A DNA stretch of 64,000 nucleotides, from positions 69,812 through 133,811 of the forward strand of contig JBGAUW010000011.1 in NCBI GenBank assembly GCA_044228435.1. The letters are read 5' to 3'. The DNA comes from Chitinophagales bacterium (lineage in GTDB: Bacteria; Bacteroidota; Bacteroidia; Chitinophagales; LD1). Positions within the stretch are counted from its first letter, which is position 1; the number at the start of each line of letters is the position of its first letter. A program made the position numbers and the translations under genes. The notes beneath the pieces are model-generated. The model did no database searches, was not told the origin of the DNA, and was given only the letters and a program-made list of their open reading frames with translations. Of this stretch, positions 27,477 through 35,853 are shown piece after piece.

Positions 27477-28649
27477 CTACCCTGCAATGGCTTTAATACC
27501 CGGCAACTCTTTGCCCTCAAAGTACTCCAGCATGGCGCCGCCGCCGGTGCTTACGTAGCTAACTTTATCGGCCAGGTTAAATTTGTGCACAGCAGCTACG
27601 CTGTCGCCGCCACCTACCAGGCTAAAGGCGCCACCAGCTGTTGCTTTGGCTACGGCTTCGGCAATGGCCTTGGTTCCGTTTTGGAACTTCTCCATTTCGA
27701 GTATAACCTCGCTAAAATCTTTAATGGCTTGGGTAGAAATATCGAGGCCCATCCAGCCATCGGGTATTTGGTTGCTGGCGGTGGTTTGCGTGTTGGCGTT
27801 GGCATCAAACTTATCGCCCAGCAAACTATCAACCGGTAGCAGCAGGTTTACGTTCTTGGCCTTGGCTTTTTCAATCAATTCCAGTGCAAGGTCCAGCTTA
27901 TCGTCTTCGCAAAGCGAGGTGCCTATTTGGCCGCCCTGTGCTTTGAAAAAAGTGTAAGCCATGCCACCGCCTATTATAATGTTGTTGGCCTTATCGAGCA
28001 GGTTTTCAATAATCAAAATTTTGTCGCTCACCTTAGCACCACCTAGTATGGCAGTAAAAGGGCGGTCGTTGCTTTTTAATACTTTTTCGGCGCTGGCAAC
28101 TTCGTTAGCCATCAGGTAGCCAAACATTTTGTTTTCGGGTGTATAGTAGTTGGCCACTATGGTAGTGCTGGCGTGGGCGCGGTGGGCGGTGCCAAAAGCA
28201 TCGTTTACATACACATCGCCGTGCTTAGATAGCTTTTCGGCAAAGGCAGCATCGCCTTTTTCTTCTTCTTTATAAAAACGCAGGTTCTCTAACAACAACA
28301 CTTCGCCGGGCTTAAGGGCGGCAGAGGCAGCAAAGGCCTCGGGGCTTACGCAGTCGGTGGCAAACTTTACCTCTACACCCAATAACTCGCTGGTGCGTTT
28401 AAGGGCATGCTTTAGGGTGTGCTTGGCAAAATCCACGGTGCCATCTTCTTTCAGCTTTTTAAGCGGACGGCCCAGGTGGCTCATTAGCACTACGCTGCCG
28501 CCATCGTTCAGTATTTTTTTTATGGTGGGCACAGCGCCTTGTATGCGGCTATCGTCGGTAATGTTGTATTGTTTATCTAAAGGGATATTAAAATCTACCC
28601 GCACTAAGGCGCGTTTGCCGGCAAAGTTGAAGTTCTCTACAGTTTTCAT
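27477..28649 (-). CDS. pgk: Phosphoglycerate kinase with an apparent in-frame internal deletion
   Basis: [43 protein letters not shown] present; WNGPxGVF missing (reads VILEMEKF). Confidence 0.93.
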   Translation of the reverse strand: MKTVENFNFAGKRALVRVDFNIPLDKQYNITDDSRIQGAVPTIKKILNDGGSVVLMSHLGRPLKKLKEDGTVDFAKHTLKHALKRTSELLGVEVKFATDCVSPEAFAASAALKPGEVLLLENLRFYKEEEKGDAAFAEKLSKHGDVYVNDAFGTAHRAHASTTIVANYYTPENKMFGYLMANEVASAEKVLKSNDRPFTAILGGAKVSDKILIIENLLDKANNIIIGGGMAYTFFKAQGGQIGTSLCEDDKLDLALELIEKAKAKNVNLLLPVDSLLGDKFDANANTQTTASNQIPDGWMGLDISTQAIKDFSEVILEMEKFQNGTKAIAEAVAKATAGGAFSLVGGGDSVAAVHKFNLADKVSYVSTGGGAMLEYFEGKELPGIKAIAG

Positions 28650-28763
28650 TTTTGTGTGGTTTAAGCTGGCGCGAAAATAATTTTTCGCGCAAAAGCAGGG
28701 GCATGATTTTTATGTTTTAGAGCGGGGCCGGAAAAACTTGTTTTATAAGCCTTAACAGGCGCG

Positions 28764-30911
28764 TTAACACCCCGAAGATGGAGGCGCAGGTTTAAGCGGA
28801 AGCTTAAAGTAAAAAGTGGCACCTTCATTTTCAACGCCTTCGGCCCATACCTCACCACCATGGCGCTCTATTATCCGTTTTACAAGGGCAAGGCCCACAC
28901 CGGTGCCTTCAAACTCGCTAAACCCATGCAGGCGCTGAAAAGCGCCAAACAGGCGGTCGTAAAACTGCATATCAAAGCCGGCTCCGTTATCTTTTACCCA
29001 AACGGCAATATCTTCTACCGTTTGCGAATACCCCACCGTAATTTGCGGGTTTTCTTTTTTACCCGAGTATTTTATGGCGTTGCTTAGCAGGTTTACCAAT
29101 ACCTGTTGCAGCATGCTGCTATCGGCATGCACATCGGGCAATTGAGGTAGCTCGAGTGTGGCATTATGCCGGTTACTTAGCAAAATATTTTCCCATACGT
29201 TATTAAACAACGTGGTAAGGTTAACCGGAATAATATTTAAATTGCTTGAGCCGCTTTTGCATAATACCAATAAGTCGTCTATAATGGAGTTCATACGGCG
29301 GCCGCCGTTTTCAATATGGTTAAATAAACTTTTTTGGTCGTCGCACATAGTATGGCCATATTCTTTCAAAATTAATTTACTAAAACCCATTATAGACCTT
29401 ACAGGCGAACGCAAATCGTGCGATACCGAATAAGAGAAAGCCTCCAGCGAGGTGTTGGCATCCATTAACGCACGGGTGCGGTGTATTACGCGGTTTTCTA
29501 ATTCATTATTCATTTCAATGATCTCTTCTTCGGCTATTTTGCGTTGGGTAATATTTATGTGCATTACTACGGCCCCGGTTTCCATGCCGTTATCAAGCGG
29601 GCGAACCTCTAGCCTGAACCATCGTTTTTCGTGTGGTAAGTGGCAGGGATACTCCAGGGCAAATTCTTGTAAGTGGCCGTATAGTAACATGCGCACGCCT
29701 TCTGCCATAGCGGCTGCATCTTCTGCCCCGGCACCGGTAGCAAACCCGCATACGGTGTTATAATTTTCGCCAACCAAATTGGTGTGCGCCGAAAATAGTT
29801 TCCAGGCCTGGTTAACGTTTATAATAGTGCCGGCCTGATCTAATAAGCCAATATTGGCTGGCAGGGCATTTAATATGGCTAAAAGCTGTTTGTTGGCCAC
29901 CGTGGTATGCTCATTCAATTTGCGTATGGTGGTTATGGCTTTTTTGCTTTCGGTAATATCGTGTGCATGGCAGGCTACACCTATCACATCAAGCCCGTCG
30001 CGAATGGGGTAGTACGAAATTTCTACCCACGTTTGATCCCGTTCTATGTATTCAACATCGGTAAAAGAGTTGCCGTTAAAACACCTTTGATAGCAATCTT
30101 TATAGCGTGCGGCCTGGCCGGGGGTAGGGGCAAAGTTTAGCATATTGGCCCCCTTAAGCATCCTATTACCATGCTGCAACTTAAGCATGTTTTCTAAGGG
30201 CTGATTAAAGCTGATAAGCTTATACCCGCGGTCTACGCTCCACATATAGTCGGTAGTATTATTAATAAGGGCCATAAAATTTTGCCGGTCGTATTGCAAC
30301 CGCTCTTTCATTTCGCGGGCTTTTTGCTGCTCCGTTCTGTCTATAGTTAATACTAAAATGCCTTCAGCAACGGGTTGCATACTCATTTCATAATACACTT
30401 TTGTTCCATTGGGAAAAACAAATTCGCTTTCTACCTGTTCACTGGTTCGCTGCACCATGCAACGCTGCATAGCTTTAAACATTTCGGTTTGCTCTATACC
30501 CGGGTAAAGCTCCATAATAGTGTGCCCCAACATTTGTTGCCGCGTATACGGGCTTTGTTTTGCTAATGTGTTGTTTACGTAAGTATAGCGCCAGTTAAAG
30601 TCGTGTATTTGTACGCCCTCCAGTAATTTATCAAGTGTTTTGTTATACACTTGTAACATAATCGCCACAGGGGGTAGTTTTTTTATAAGTGGCAGGGCAT
30701 TAAAAGCCGCCACCAGGCTGGTAGGTGTATGGGCCGATAAAACAGGGTCGGGCATGAATGTTATTAGTGACTCTTTTTTGCGGCCCTTCCCTTTTGCTTT
30801 TTGTTTTTCGGATTTTGTTTTAGCTTTTTCTACTTCCTTATTGGCCAGGTAAGCCCCGGAAAGACGGTATTCGGGTTGCTGTAATTCAGTTTTTTTATCG
30901 CTATTTTTCAT
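28764..30911 (-). CDS. PAS-domain sensor histidine kinase (orphan)
   Basis: Multiple PAS/PAC repeats, H-box FSYSVSHDLRSP, N-box NLLSNAIKY, DNGAGF, GTGVGL; no adjacent response regulator. Confidence 0.92.
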   Translation of the reverse strand: MKNSDKKTELQQPEYRLSGAYLANKEVEKAKTKSEKQKAKGKGRKKESLITFMPDPVLSAHTPTSLVAAFNALPLIKKLPPVAIMLQVYNKTLDKLLEGVQIHDFNWRYTYVNNTLAKQSPYTRQQMLGHTIMELYPGIEQTEMFKAMQRCMVQRTSEQVESEFVFPNGTKVYYEMSMQPVAEGILVLTIDRTEQQKAREMKERLQYDRQNFMALINNTTDYMWSVDRGYKLISFNQPLENMLKLQHGNRMLKGANMLNFAPTPGQAARYKDCYQRCFNGNSFTDVEYIERDQTWVEISYYPIRDGLDVIGVACHAHDITESKKAITTIRKLNEHTTVANKQLLAILNALPANIGLLDQAGTIINVNQAWKLFSAHTNLVGENYNTVCGFATGAGAEDAAAMAEGVRMLLYGHLQEFALEYPCHLPHEKRWFRLEVRPLDNGMETGAVVMHINITQRKIAEEEIIEMNNELENRVIHRTRALMDANTSLEAFSYSVSHDLRSPVRSIMGFSKLILKEYGHTMCDDQKSLFNHIENGGRRMNSIIDDLLVLCKSGSSNLNIIPVNLTTLFNNVWENILLSNRHNATLELPQLPDVHADSSMLQQVLVNLLSNAIKYSGKKENPQITVGYSQTVEDIAVWVKDNGAGFDMQFYDRLFGAFQRLHGFSEFEGTGVGLALVKRIIERHGGEVWAEGVENEGATFYFKLPLKPAPPSSGC

Positions 30912-31285
30912 AATGGGTGTGTGGGTTTGTGGGTTAATGATATAGCAAAGCCGCGCTGTATAAGCTGCACCTAAGTGCAGGGTGGTTAGGCCTGGTTAAC
31001 TATTACATATTGTTAATTGCAATAAGTATGCCGCTGCAAAACCAGACTTAACCTCGTTTTTTATGGAAGGATTATATATGCGTATTTAATGTTTGTGCTT
31101 AATAAAGTAGCTAACTAACTAAGCAATAGCAGGCTATGGCGTAATAAAAAAATGTATTAAGCAACTAGAATGAACCGGTTTATAGTGTTTGCTTTAATAT
31201 AATAAATATTTTTAAAGTATTTTTTTATTATTACAAGCGTATACTTGTTGGGTATTGGGCATATATTTACCTTGGCGCTTAATAT

Positions 31286-31816
31286 ATGGGCTCTTATAAG
31301 TTACTATTTTGTGTTTTGTGGCTGTGTTTTGCCGGTAATGCTGCCGCACAATGGGCACCCTTCCCCATATTGGGCAATGAAGGATACCCAAAGCCTGTTA
31401 CCGAAGATACCCTGAAGGTGAAAGATTTTTACAACAGCAAATACAGCGTGCGGGTTGGTAATGGCGATGTGGCTGTAGTAGGGCGCGATACTATAATAGT
31501 TGAACCCTTAAAATCGAACAACCATTATAAACGCTTACCCAAACACCACAACGATATACAGATTATACAGCAAAAAATAATTTATCCGCAGGCGGAAAGG
31601 ATAAGCGGTGTGCAGGGTGTTTGCCTGGCTTACTTAAAAATAAACCGCAGGGGCGTAATAGATTCGGTGTGGGTGGAAGGCGGCCTTACAAAAGCTACGG
31701 ATAATACAATTATAGAAGCGGTTAAGTCGCTGAACAAATTTACAGCGGCGCACAACAAGGGCAAAGCAGTAGAAGCAATCTGCTATTACCGGATAAGGTT
31801 TTGGATTTTTGAATAG
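31286..31816 (+). CDS. TonB C-terminal domain protein
   Basis: Signal peptide; IIYPQAERISGVQGV...INRRGVID and FTAAHNKGKAV TonB_C pattern. Confidence 0.7.
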   Translation: MGSYKLLFCVLWLCFAGNAAAQWAPFPILGNEGYPKPVTEDTLKVKDFYNSKYSVRVGNGDVAVVGRDTIIVEPLKSNNHYKRLPKHHNDIQIIQQKIIYPQAERISGVQGVCLAYLKINRRGVIDSVWVEGGLTKATDNTIIEAVKSLNKFTAAHNKGKAVEAICYYRIRFWIFE

Positions 31817-31818
31817 GC

Positions 31819-32136
31819 CTATTCATTCCATACCCCACCCGATGCTTCGCAACTGTTTTTTTCTGTGCTTAGCCAGTTGGCATCGTCTTTATCTTCGCAG
31901 TGGTCTTCTACACTATTAGCTCTGCTATACACGCGCCAGTAATTGCCATTAGCCTGGCAATCGGCTTTAGCCTGCTCATATTTTTGCGGCACTACGCTGG
32001 CACACATATAAGGCCCCTGCGCCCCCGCAATATCGCAGCTGCCACATTCATCGGGTTTAGTGCAGGTATAGCATTTTTTGCAGCCGGAGGCGGTGAGAAT
32101 AACTAAAATAAATGCTAGTAGGAGCCGGTGGAGCAT
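31819..32136 (-). CDS. Cysteine-rich lipoprotein
   Basis: Lipobox LTASGC, then KKCYTC, CGSC and further Cys; C..SGG.W end. Confidence 0.7.
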   Translation of the reverse strand: MLHRLLLAFILVILTASGCKKCYTCTKPDECGSCDIAGAQGPYMCASVVPQKYEQAKADCQANGNYWRVYSRANSVEDHCEDKDDANWLSTEKNSCEASGGVWNE

Positions 32137-32385
32137 GGTGTGAAGATAAGAATGAGTTAAACTGTTTGCTTTTTGAAATGAGTTTATAATATATGTATTT
32201 ATTTATTGGATAAATCTAATTACTTAATAAAATTAGTGCTAAGTAAGTAGCTAATTTTTTTAGTATTTTTTTTTATTTATCATAAATAAACCAGTCTTTT
32301 TTTGTTAATAACGGTTTTTTTTATTTTTATTTACTTTCCAAAGTGGTAAATCCATTTTGTCATACAATTAAATGTATTTACTGAT

Positions 32386-32901
32386 ATGACTACCAACCAC
32401 AACTCCGAAAATCAGATTACAGCAAAAGATTTAGAAACTCTTGTGCAGGCTCAGTTCGATGCTATTGAACTGCTTAAGCAGGAAATTGCAATAAGATACA
32501 AGAAAATAGATTTCTTGAACAACCTTATTGCTACTGGCGAAATCTTTGTGCTAGAGCCTTTGAGCGATTTAAGTGAGTTGAATTTAAATCAGCCATATAA
32601 TAGGGTGTACGATCCTGAGTGGGCTTGGTATGACAAAGCCTTACATTTCATCCGCACGCAAAACCGTTTTTTGACTGTAAAGCAAATAGCTGCAGAGGCT
32701 AAGAAAATTGAAAGTAATATCGATTTAGCCAAAGCTCCCTCTGCTATCAATAATCAATTAACGCCTCGAATAGATAAAGCAATTCGACGGTTTAAAATTC
32801 TTGACTCTGGCGAATATTTCTATGGTCCTATCTCGTGGTTCGATCAACATGGTAAGCCGAAAGAGGAGTATTATCCTGTAAATCATTTCGCAAAGTCATA
32901 G
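32386..32901 (+). CDS. Hypothetical protein (N-terminal coiled coil, possible winged-helix C-terminus)
   Basis: 171 aa ORF, AT-rich; FLTVKQIAAEAKKI helix-turn-helix-like segment. Confidence 0.65.
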   Translation: MTTNHNSENQITAKDLETLVQAQFDAIELLKQEIAIRYKKIDFLNNLIATGEIFVLEPLSDLSELNLNQPYNRVYDPEWAWYDKALHFIRTQNRFLTVKQIAAEAKKIESNIDLAKAPSAINNQLTPRIDKAIRRFKILDSGEYFYGPISWFDQHGKPKEEYYPVNHFAKS

Positions 32902-32928
32902 TCTATAATTGTTAAACAAGTAGCCGGC

Positions 32929-33492
32929 ATGAGTCTTTACAAAGGCCCAACAAATGAGCTTATTACTACTCCTTTTGAAGAGGGAAGTATTGTTATGCCA
33001 GGGCAGGTTGATAAAATAGAAAAGAAGCTTAAGTCGGCCCGGAAAAATGTATCTGATATTACGCTATCTAAATATACACAACCCAAAAAAGTTTTTGTGT
33101 CTTTCCCTTTCGAGCATAGTGAGCATGTAGCCCCTTTAATAGATGAATTGAAAAGGCATGGTGTTGAAGTGGTGACTGGTGAATATGTTGCTTCGGATAT
33201 AAATCGGGGCATAAAGAAAAAGCTTAGCGGGTGCCACTGTCTTTTGTCCATAATGTTTAGAGAAACTGAAACAGTAAAAGGAGCTTTCTTTCCAGCAGTG
33301 TGGTTAATAGAAGAAAAAGTTGTTGCCTGGATGCTTGATATTCCAGTTGTATTATTGGTGGAAAGAGGGGTAGAGTATTGTGGTGAAATGCACGGTAATA
33401 CACAAAGAGTGGTTTTTGATGCGATGAGTTTTTGGGCACAATCGCTTAATGCTATTAAGATAGTTAAAGTCAACTTAGACGACGTTCGTTAA
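32929..33492 (+). CDS. TIR-like/nucleoside-deoxyribosyltransferase-fold protein
   Basis: KVFVSFPF (bA), CLLSIMF (bC), VWLIEE (aC with Glu), IPVVLLVE.GVE..GEMHG (bD). Confidence 0.6.
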   Translation: MSLYKGPTNELITTPFEEGSIVMPGQVDKIEKKLKSARKNVSDITLSKYTQPKKVFVSFPFEHSEHVAPLIDELKRHGVEVVTGEYVASDINRGIKKKLSGCHCLLSIMFRETETVKGAFFPAVWLIEEKVVAWMLDIPVVLLVERGVEYCGEMHGNTQRVVFDAMSFWAQSLNAIKIVKVNLDDVR

Positions 33493-33581
33493 TTGTTATT
33501 GGATCCTCCCACCTCCCTGCCATTTCTCCCCATTTTCCTAATCCAAGTCGCACTTTGCCCTGTTAATTAAGCCCCAAAACC

Positions 33582-33608
33582 TGTGGATAACGCAATGTTT
33601 TGTCCACA
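33582..33608. promoter_or_regulatory. Two DnaA-box-like 9-mers upstream of mraZ
   Basis: TGTGGATAA 33582-33590 (perfect reverse of TTATCCACA) and TTGTCCACA 33600-33608 (1 mismatch). Confidence 0.5.
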
Positions 33609-33719
33609 ACCGGCGTTTATATCATAATTATTACCACTTTTTACCACTAGTAATTTACCAGTATTAACGGGGCTTTTGTGGTATTTATTAGCTGTTAATA
33701 AATAATAATGACTATTTTA

Positions 33720-33744
33720 GTGGTAGAAAGTGTTTTTTTGTGGG
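33720..33744 (+). promoter_or_regulatory. MraZ-binding repeats
   Basis: GTGG/GTGT/GTGG at 33720, 33730, 33740 (10-bp period); inverted CCAC boxes at 33634 and 33644. Confidence 0.7.
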
Positions 33745-33785
33745 AATAAGCTTTTATTTGCATCAACACATTATTCAATAACCGC

Positions 33786-34253
33786 ATGAACTTTTTAGGA
33801 CAATTTGAGTGCACTATGGACGACAAAGGCCGCGTTAAGCTGCCTTCGGTTCTGCGCAAGCAATTTCCTGCGGGTGAGGGCAGCCGCTTTATGCTGGCTA
33901 AGGATATTGAAGATTGCCTGGTTATTTACCCTGCTAAAACCTGGGAGAAAACAGAAGCTACTTTGCAGAAGTTAAATCCCTTTAACAGCAACCACCAAAA
34001 GTTTATTAACGCCGTTACTACCGGCCTTACCGAGGTGGATATAGATAGCGCCGACCGCTTTTTGGTTAGCACTACGCTTAAAAAGTATTTAGGCACCAGC
34101 AAGGATATTGTGTTGAAAGGAAAGTTTGACCGCATACAGGTATGGGATGCCAACAAGTATGAGGCATACACACAGGGTAACGTGGCTAACATACAGCAAC
34201 TGGCCGATGAGGTTGCTAACTATTTGGAGGATAAAACAGGTGGAACTAATTAA
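33786..34253 (+). CDS. mraZ: Division/cell wall cluster transcriptional repressor MraZ
   Basis: MDDKGRVKLP and IDSADRFLV SpoVT/AbrB repeats; first gene of dcw. Confidence 0.95.
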   Translation: MNFLGQFECTMDDKGRVKLPSVLRKQFPAGEGSRFMLAKDIEDCLVIYPAKTWEKTEATLQKLNPFNSNHQKFINAVTTGLTEVDIDSADRFLVSTTLKKYLGTSKDIVLKGKFDRIQVWDANKYEAYTQGNVANIQQLADEVANYLEDKTGGTN

Positions 34254-34262
34254 TAGCAGAAG

Positions 34263-35180
34263 ATGAAGGATACACCCGAATCTTCTAATTACCACACCAG
34301 CGTTCTTTTACATGAGAGTATAAGCGGGCTAAACATTCAACCCGGTGGCATTTATGTAGATGCCACTTTTGGCGGAGGCGGGCACTCGGCAGAGATAATG
34401 AAGCACTTAGGTGCCGATGGCCGGTTGCTTGGGTTCGACCAGGATGAAGATGCACAGCGAAATGCTTTAACCGACGAACGCTTTACGCTGGTGCAAGCCA
34501 ACTTTAGCGAACTGAAAAGGTTTTTGCGCCTGCACGATGCAGCACCGGTAGATGGCATATTGGCCGACCTTGGTGTAAGCAGCTGGCAGTTTGATACCGC
34601 CGAAAGGGGTTTCAGCTACCGGTTCGATGGTCCGCTGGATATGCGTATGAACCGCAACGCCGAAAGAACCGCTGCGCAGGTGCTGAACGAATACAGCGCC
34701 GAGCAACTGCAAAAAATGTTTGGCGAGTATGGCGAGGTGCGCAATAGTAAAACCCTGGCCAATGCCATTGTAGAGGTCCGCAGCACTAAACCCTTCGAAT
34801 CTATTTCGGATTTGATGACCATTTGCGAAGCAAACAGGATGGGCGAAAGGCATAAGTACCTGGCGCAGGTGTTTCAGGCCATTCGAATTGAAGTGAACGA
34901 TGAATTGGGGGCTCTTAAAATTCTGCTACAGCAAAGTGCAGAGGTTTTAAAAAGCGGAGGAAGGCTGGCGGTTATCACCTTTCATAGTCTGGAAGACAGG
35001 TTGGTGAAAAACTTTATGAAACACGGAAACTTTGACGAAGAACCGGTAAAGGATTTTTTCGGCAACATTGAAAAAAAGTTTAAGCTGATAACTAAAAAAC
35101 CGGTAGAGGCCAGCGATACAGAGAAAAAAGAAAACAGCCGTAGCAGAAGTGCAAAGTTGAGAGTGGCGGAGAAGCTTTAG
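34263..35180 (+). CDS. rsmH: 16S rRNA m4C1402 methyltransferase RsmH
   Basis: HTSVLL, VDATFGGGGHS, DLGVSSWQ, PLDMRM, FQAIRIEVN, ITFHSLEDR, RSRSAKLR. Confidence 0.97.
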   Translation: MKDTPESSNYHTSVLLHESISGLNIQPGGIYVDATFGGGGHSAEIMKHLGADGRLLGFDQDEDAQRNALTDERFTLVQANFSELKRFLRLHDAAPVDGILADLGVSSWQFDTAERGFSYRFDGPLDMRMNRNAERTAAQVLNEYSAEQLQKMFGEYGEVRNSKTLANAIVEVRSTKPFESISDLMTICEANRMGERHKYLAQVFQAIRIEVNDELGALKILLQQSAEVLKSGGRLAVITFHSLEDRLVKNFMKHGNFDEEPVKDFFGNIEKKFKLITKKPVEASDTEKKENSRSRSAKLRVAEKL

Positions 35181-35326
35181 AGGTGAAAGGGCAAAAGTGA
35201 AAGGGGAAAGAGGAATACAAGAAGGCAAAAGTGAAAGGAGAAAGAAGATAAGTAAAAGGGAAAGACAGGATTTAGAATTGTATTATCTGTGTAATCGTAA
35301 TTAATCGAAGTAATCGAATCGAAGAT
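35181..35326. repeat. Heptamer tandem repeats (GTGAAAG/GCAAAAG type and TAATCGA type)
   Basis: GGTGAAAGGGCAAAAGTGAAAGGGGAAAG... and GTAATCGTAATTAATCGAAGTAATCGAATCG between rsmH and ftsL. Confidence 0.6.
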
Positions 35327-35330
35327 AAGA

Positions 35331-35741
35331 ATGGAAAATATAAACGACATAACAGCAGAACAAAATACCGGTGCAGGCACCGGTGAAGAAACTGCACCTA
35401 AAGCTGAAAAAAAATCGGCTAAAGGTATGGCGGGCCTGTTAGGCAGGTTTGATGCTGCCGGCGAAACAGGCCTTAATAAGCTGCTGTTTAATATGCCGTT
35501 TGTACTGTTTTTGGTGGTGTTAGCTGCATTGCGCATTGCCAATAACCACATGGCCGAAAACTATGCGCGCAATATTTCGAAGGCAGAGAAAGAAGTAAAG
35601 CAATTGCGCTGGCAATATATGACTACTACGAGCAGCTTAATGCAAAAGAGCAAGCAGAGCGAAGTAGTAAGGTTGGTAAACACACAGGGGTTAAAGGAAC
35701 TGAGGATTCCCCCTTATAAAATAGAAGTAACGAAAAATTAA
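35331..35741 (+). CDS. ftsL: Bacteroidetes FtsL-like cell division protein
   Basis: Position after rsmH; NMPFVLFL TM, IANNH, KQLRWQY...SKQSEV coiled coil, PPYKI. Confidence 0.85.
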   Translation: MENINDITAEQNTGAGTGEETAPKAEKKSAKGMAGLLGRFDAAGETGLNKLLFNMPFVLFLVVLAALRIANNHMAENYARNISKAEKEVKQLRWQYMTTTSSLMQKSKQSEVVRLVNTQGLKELRIPPYKIEVTKN

Positions 35742-35853
35742 AGATGCTGGATAAAGTGAAGGCTCATCAACTACCAAATGTTTCTGCTAAAAAGCAGGGC
35801 AGATGAGCAGCCACCGGAAACCGGGATTGTAAAGTATTGTACCAAAACTAACA

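Noticed and set aside
33500-33780. Replication origin
   Set aside because: Only two DnaA-like boxes, no clear DUE array, and no dnaA/gidA context in view.
35760-35830. Hammerhead-like motif (GATGAG...GAAA) between ftsL and ftsI
   Set aside because: Core reads CAGAUGAG rather than CUGAUGAG and the three-stem junction cannot be formed; it is a simple GCTCATC/GATGAGC hairpin.
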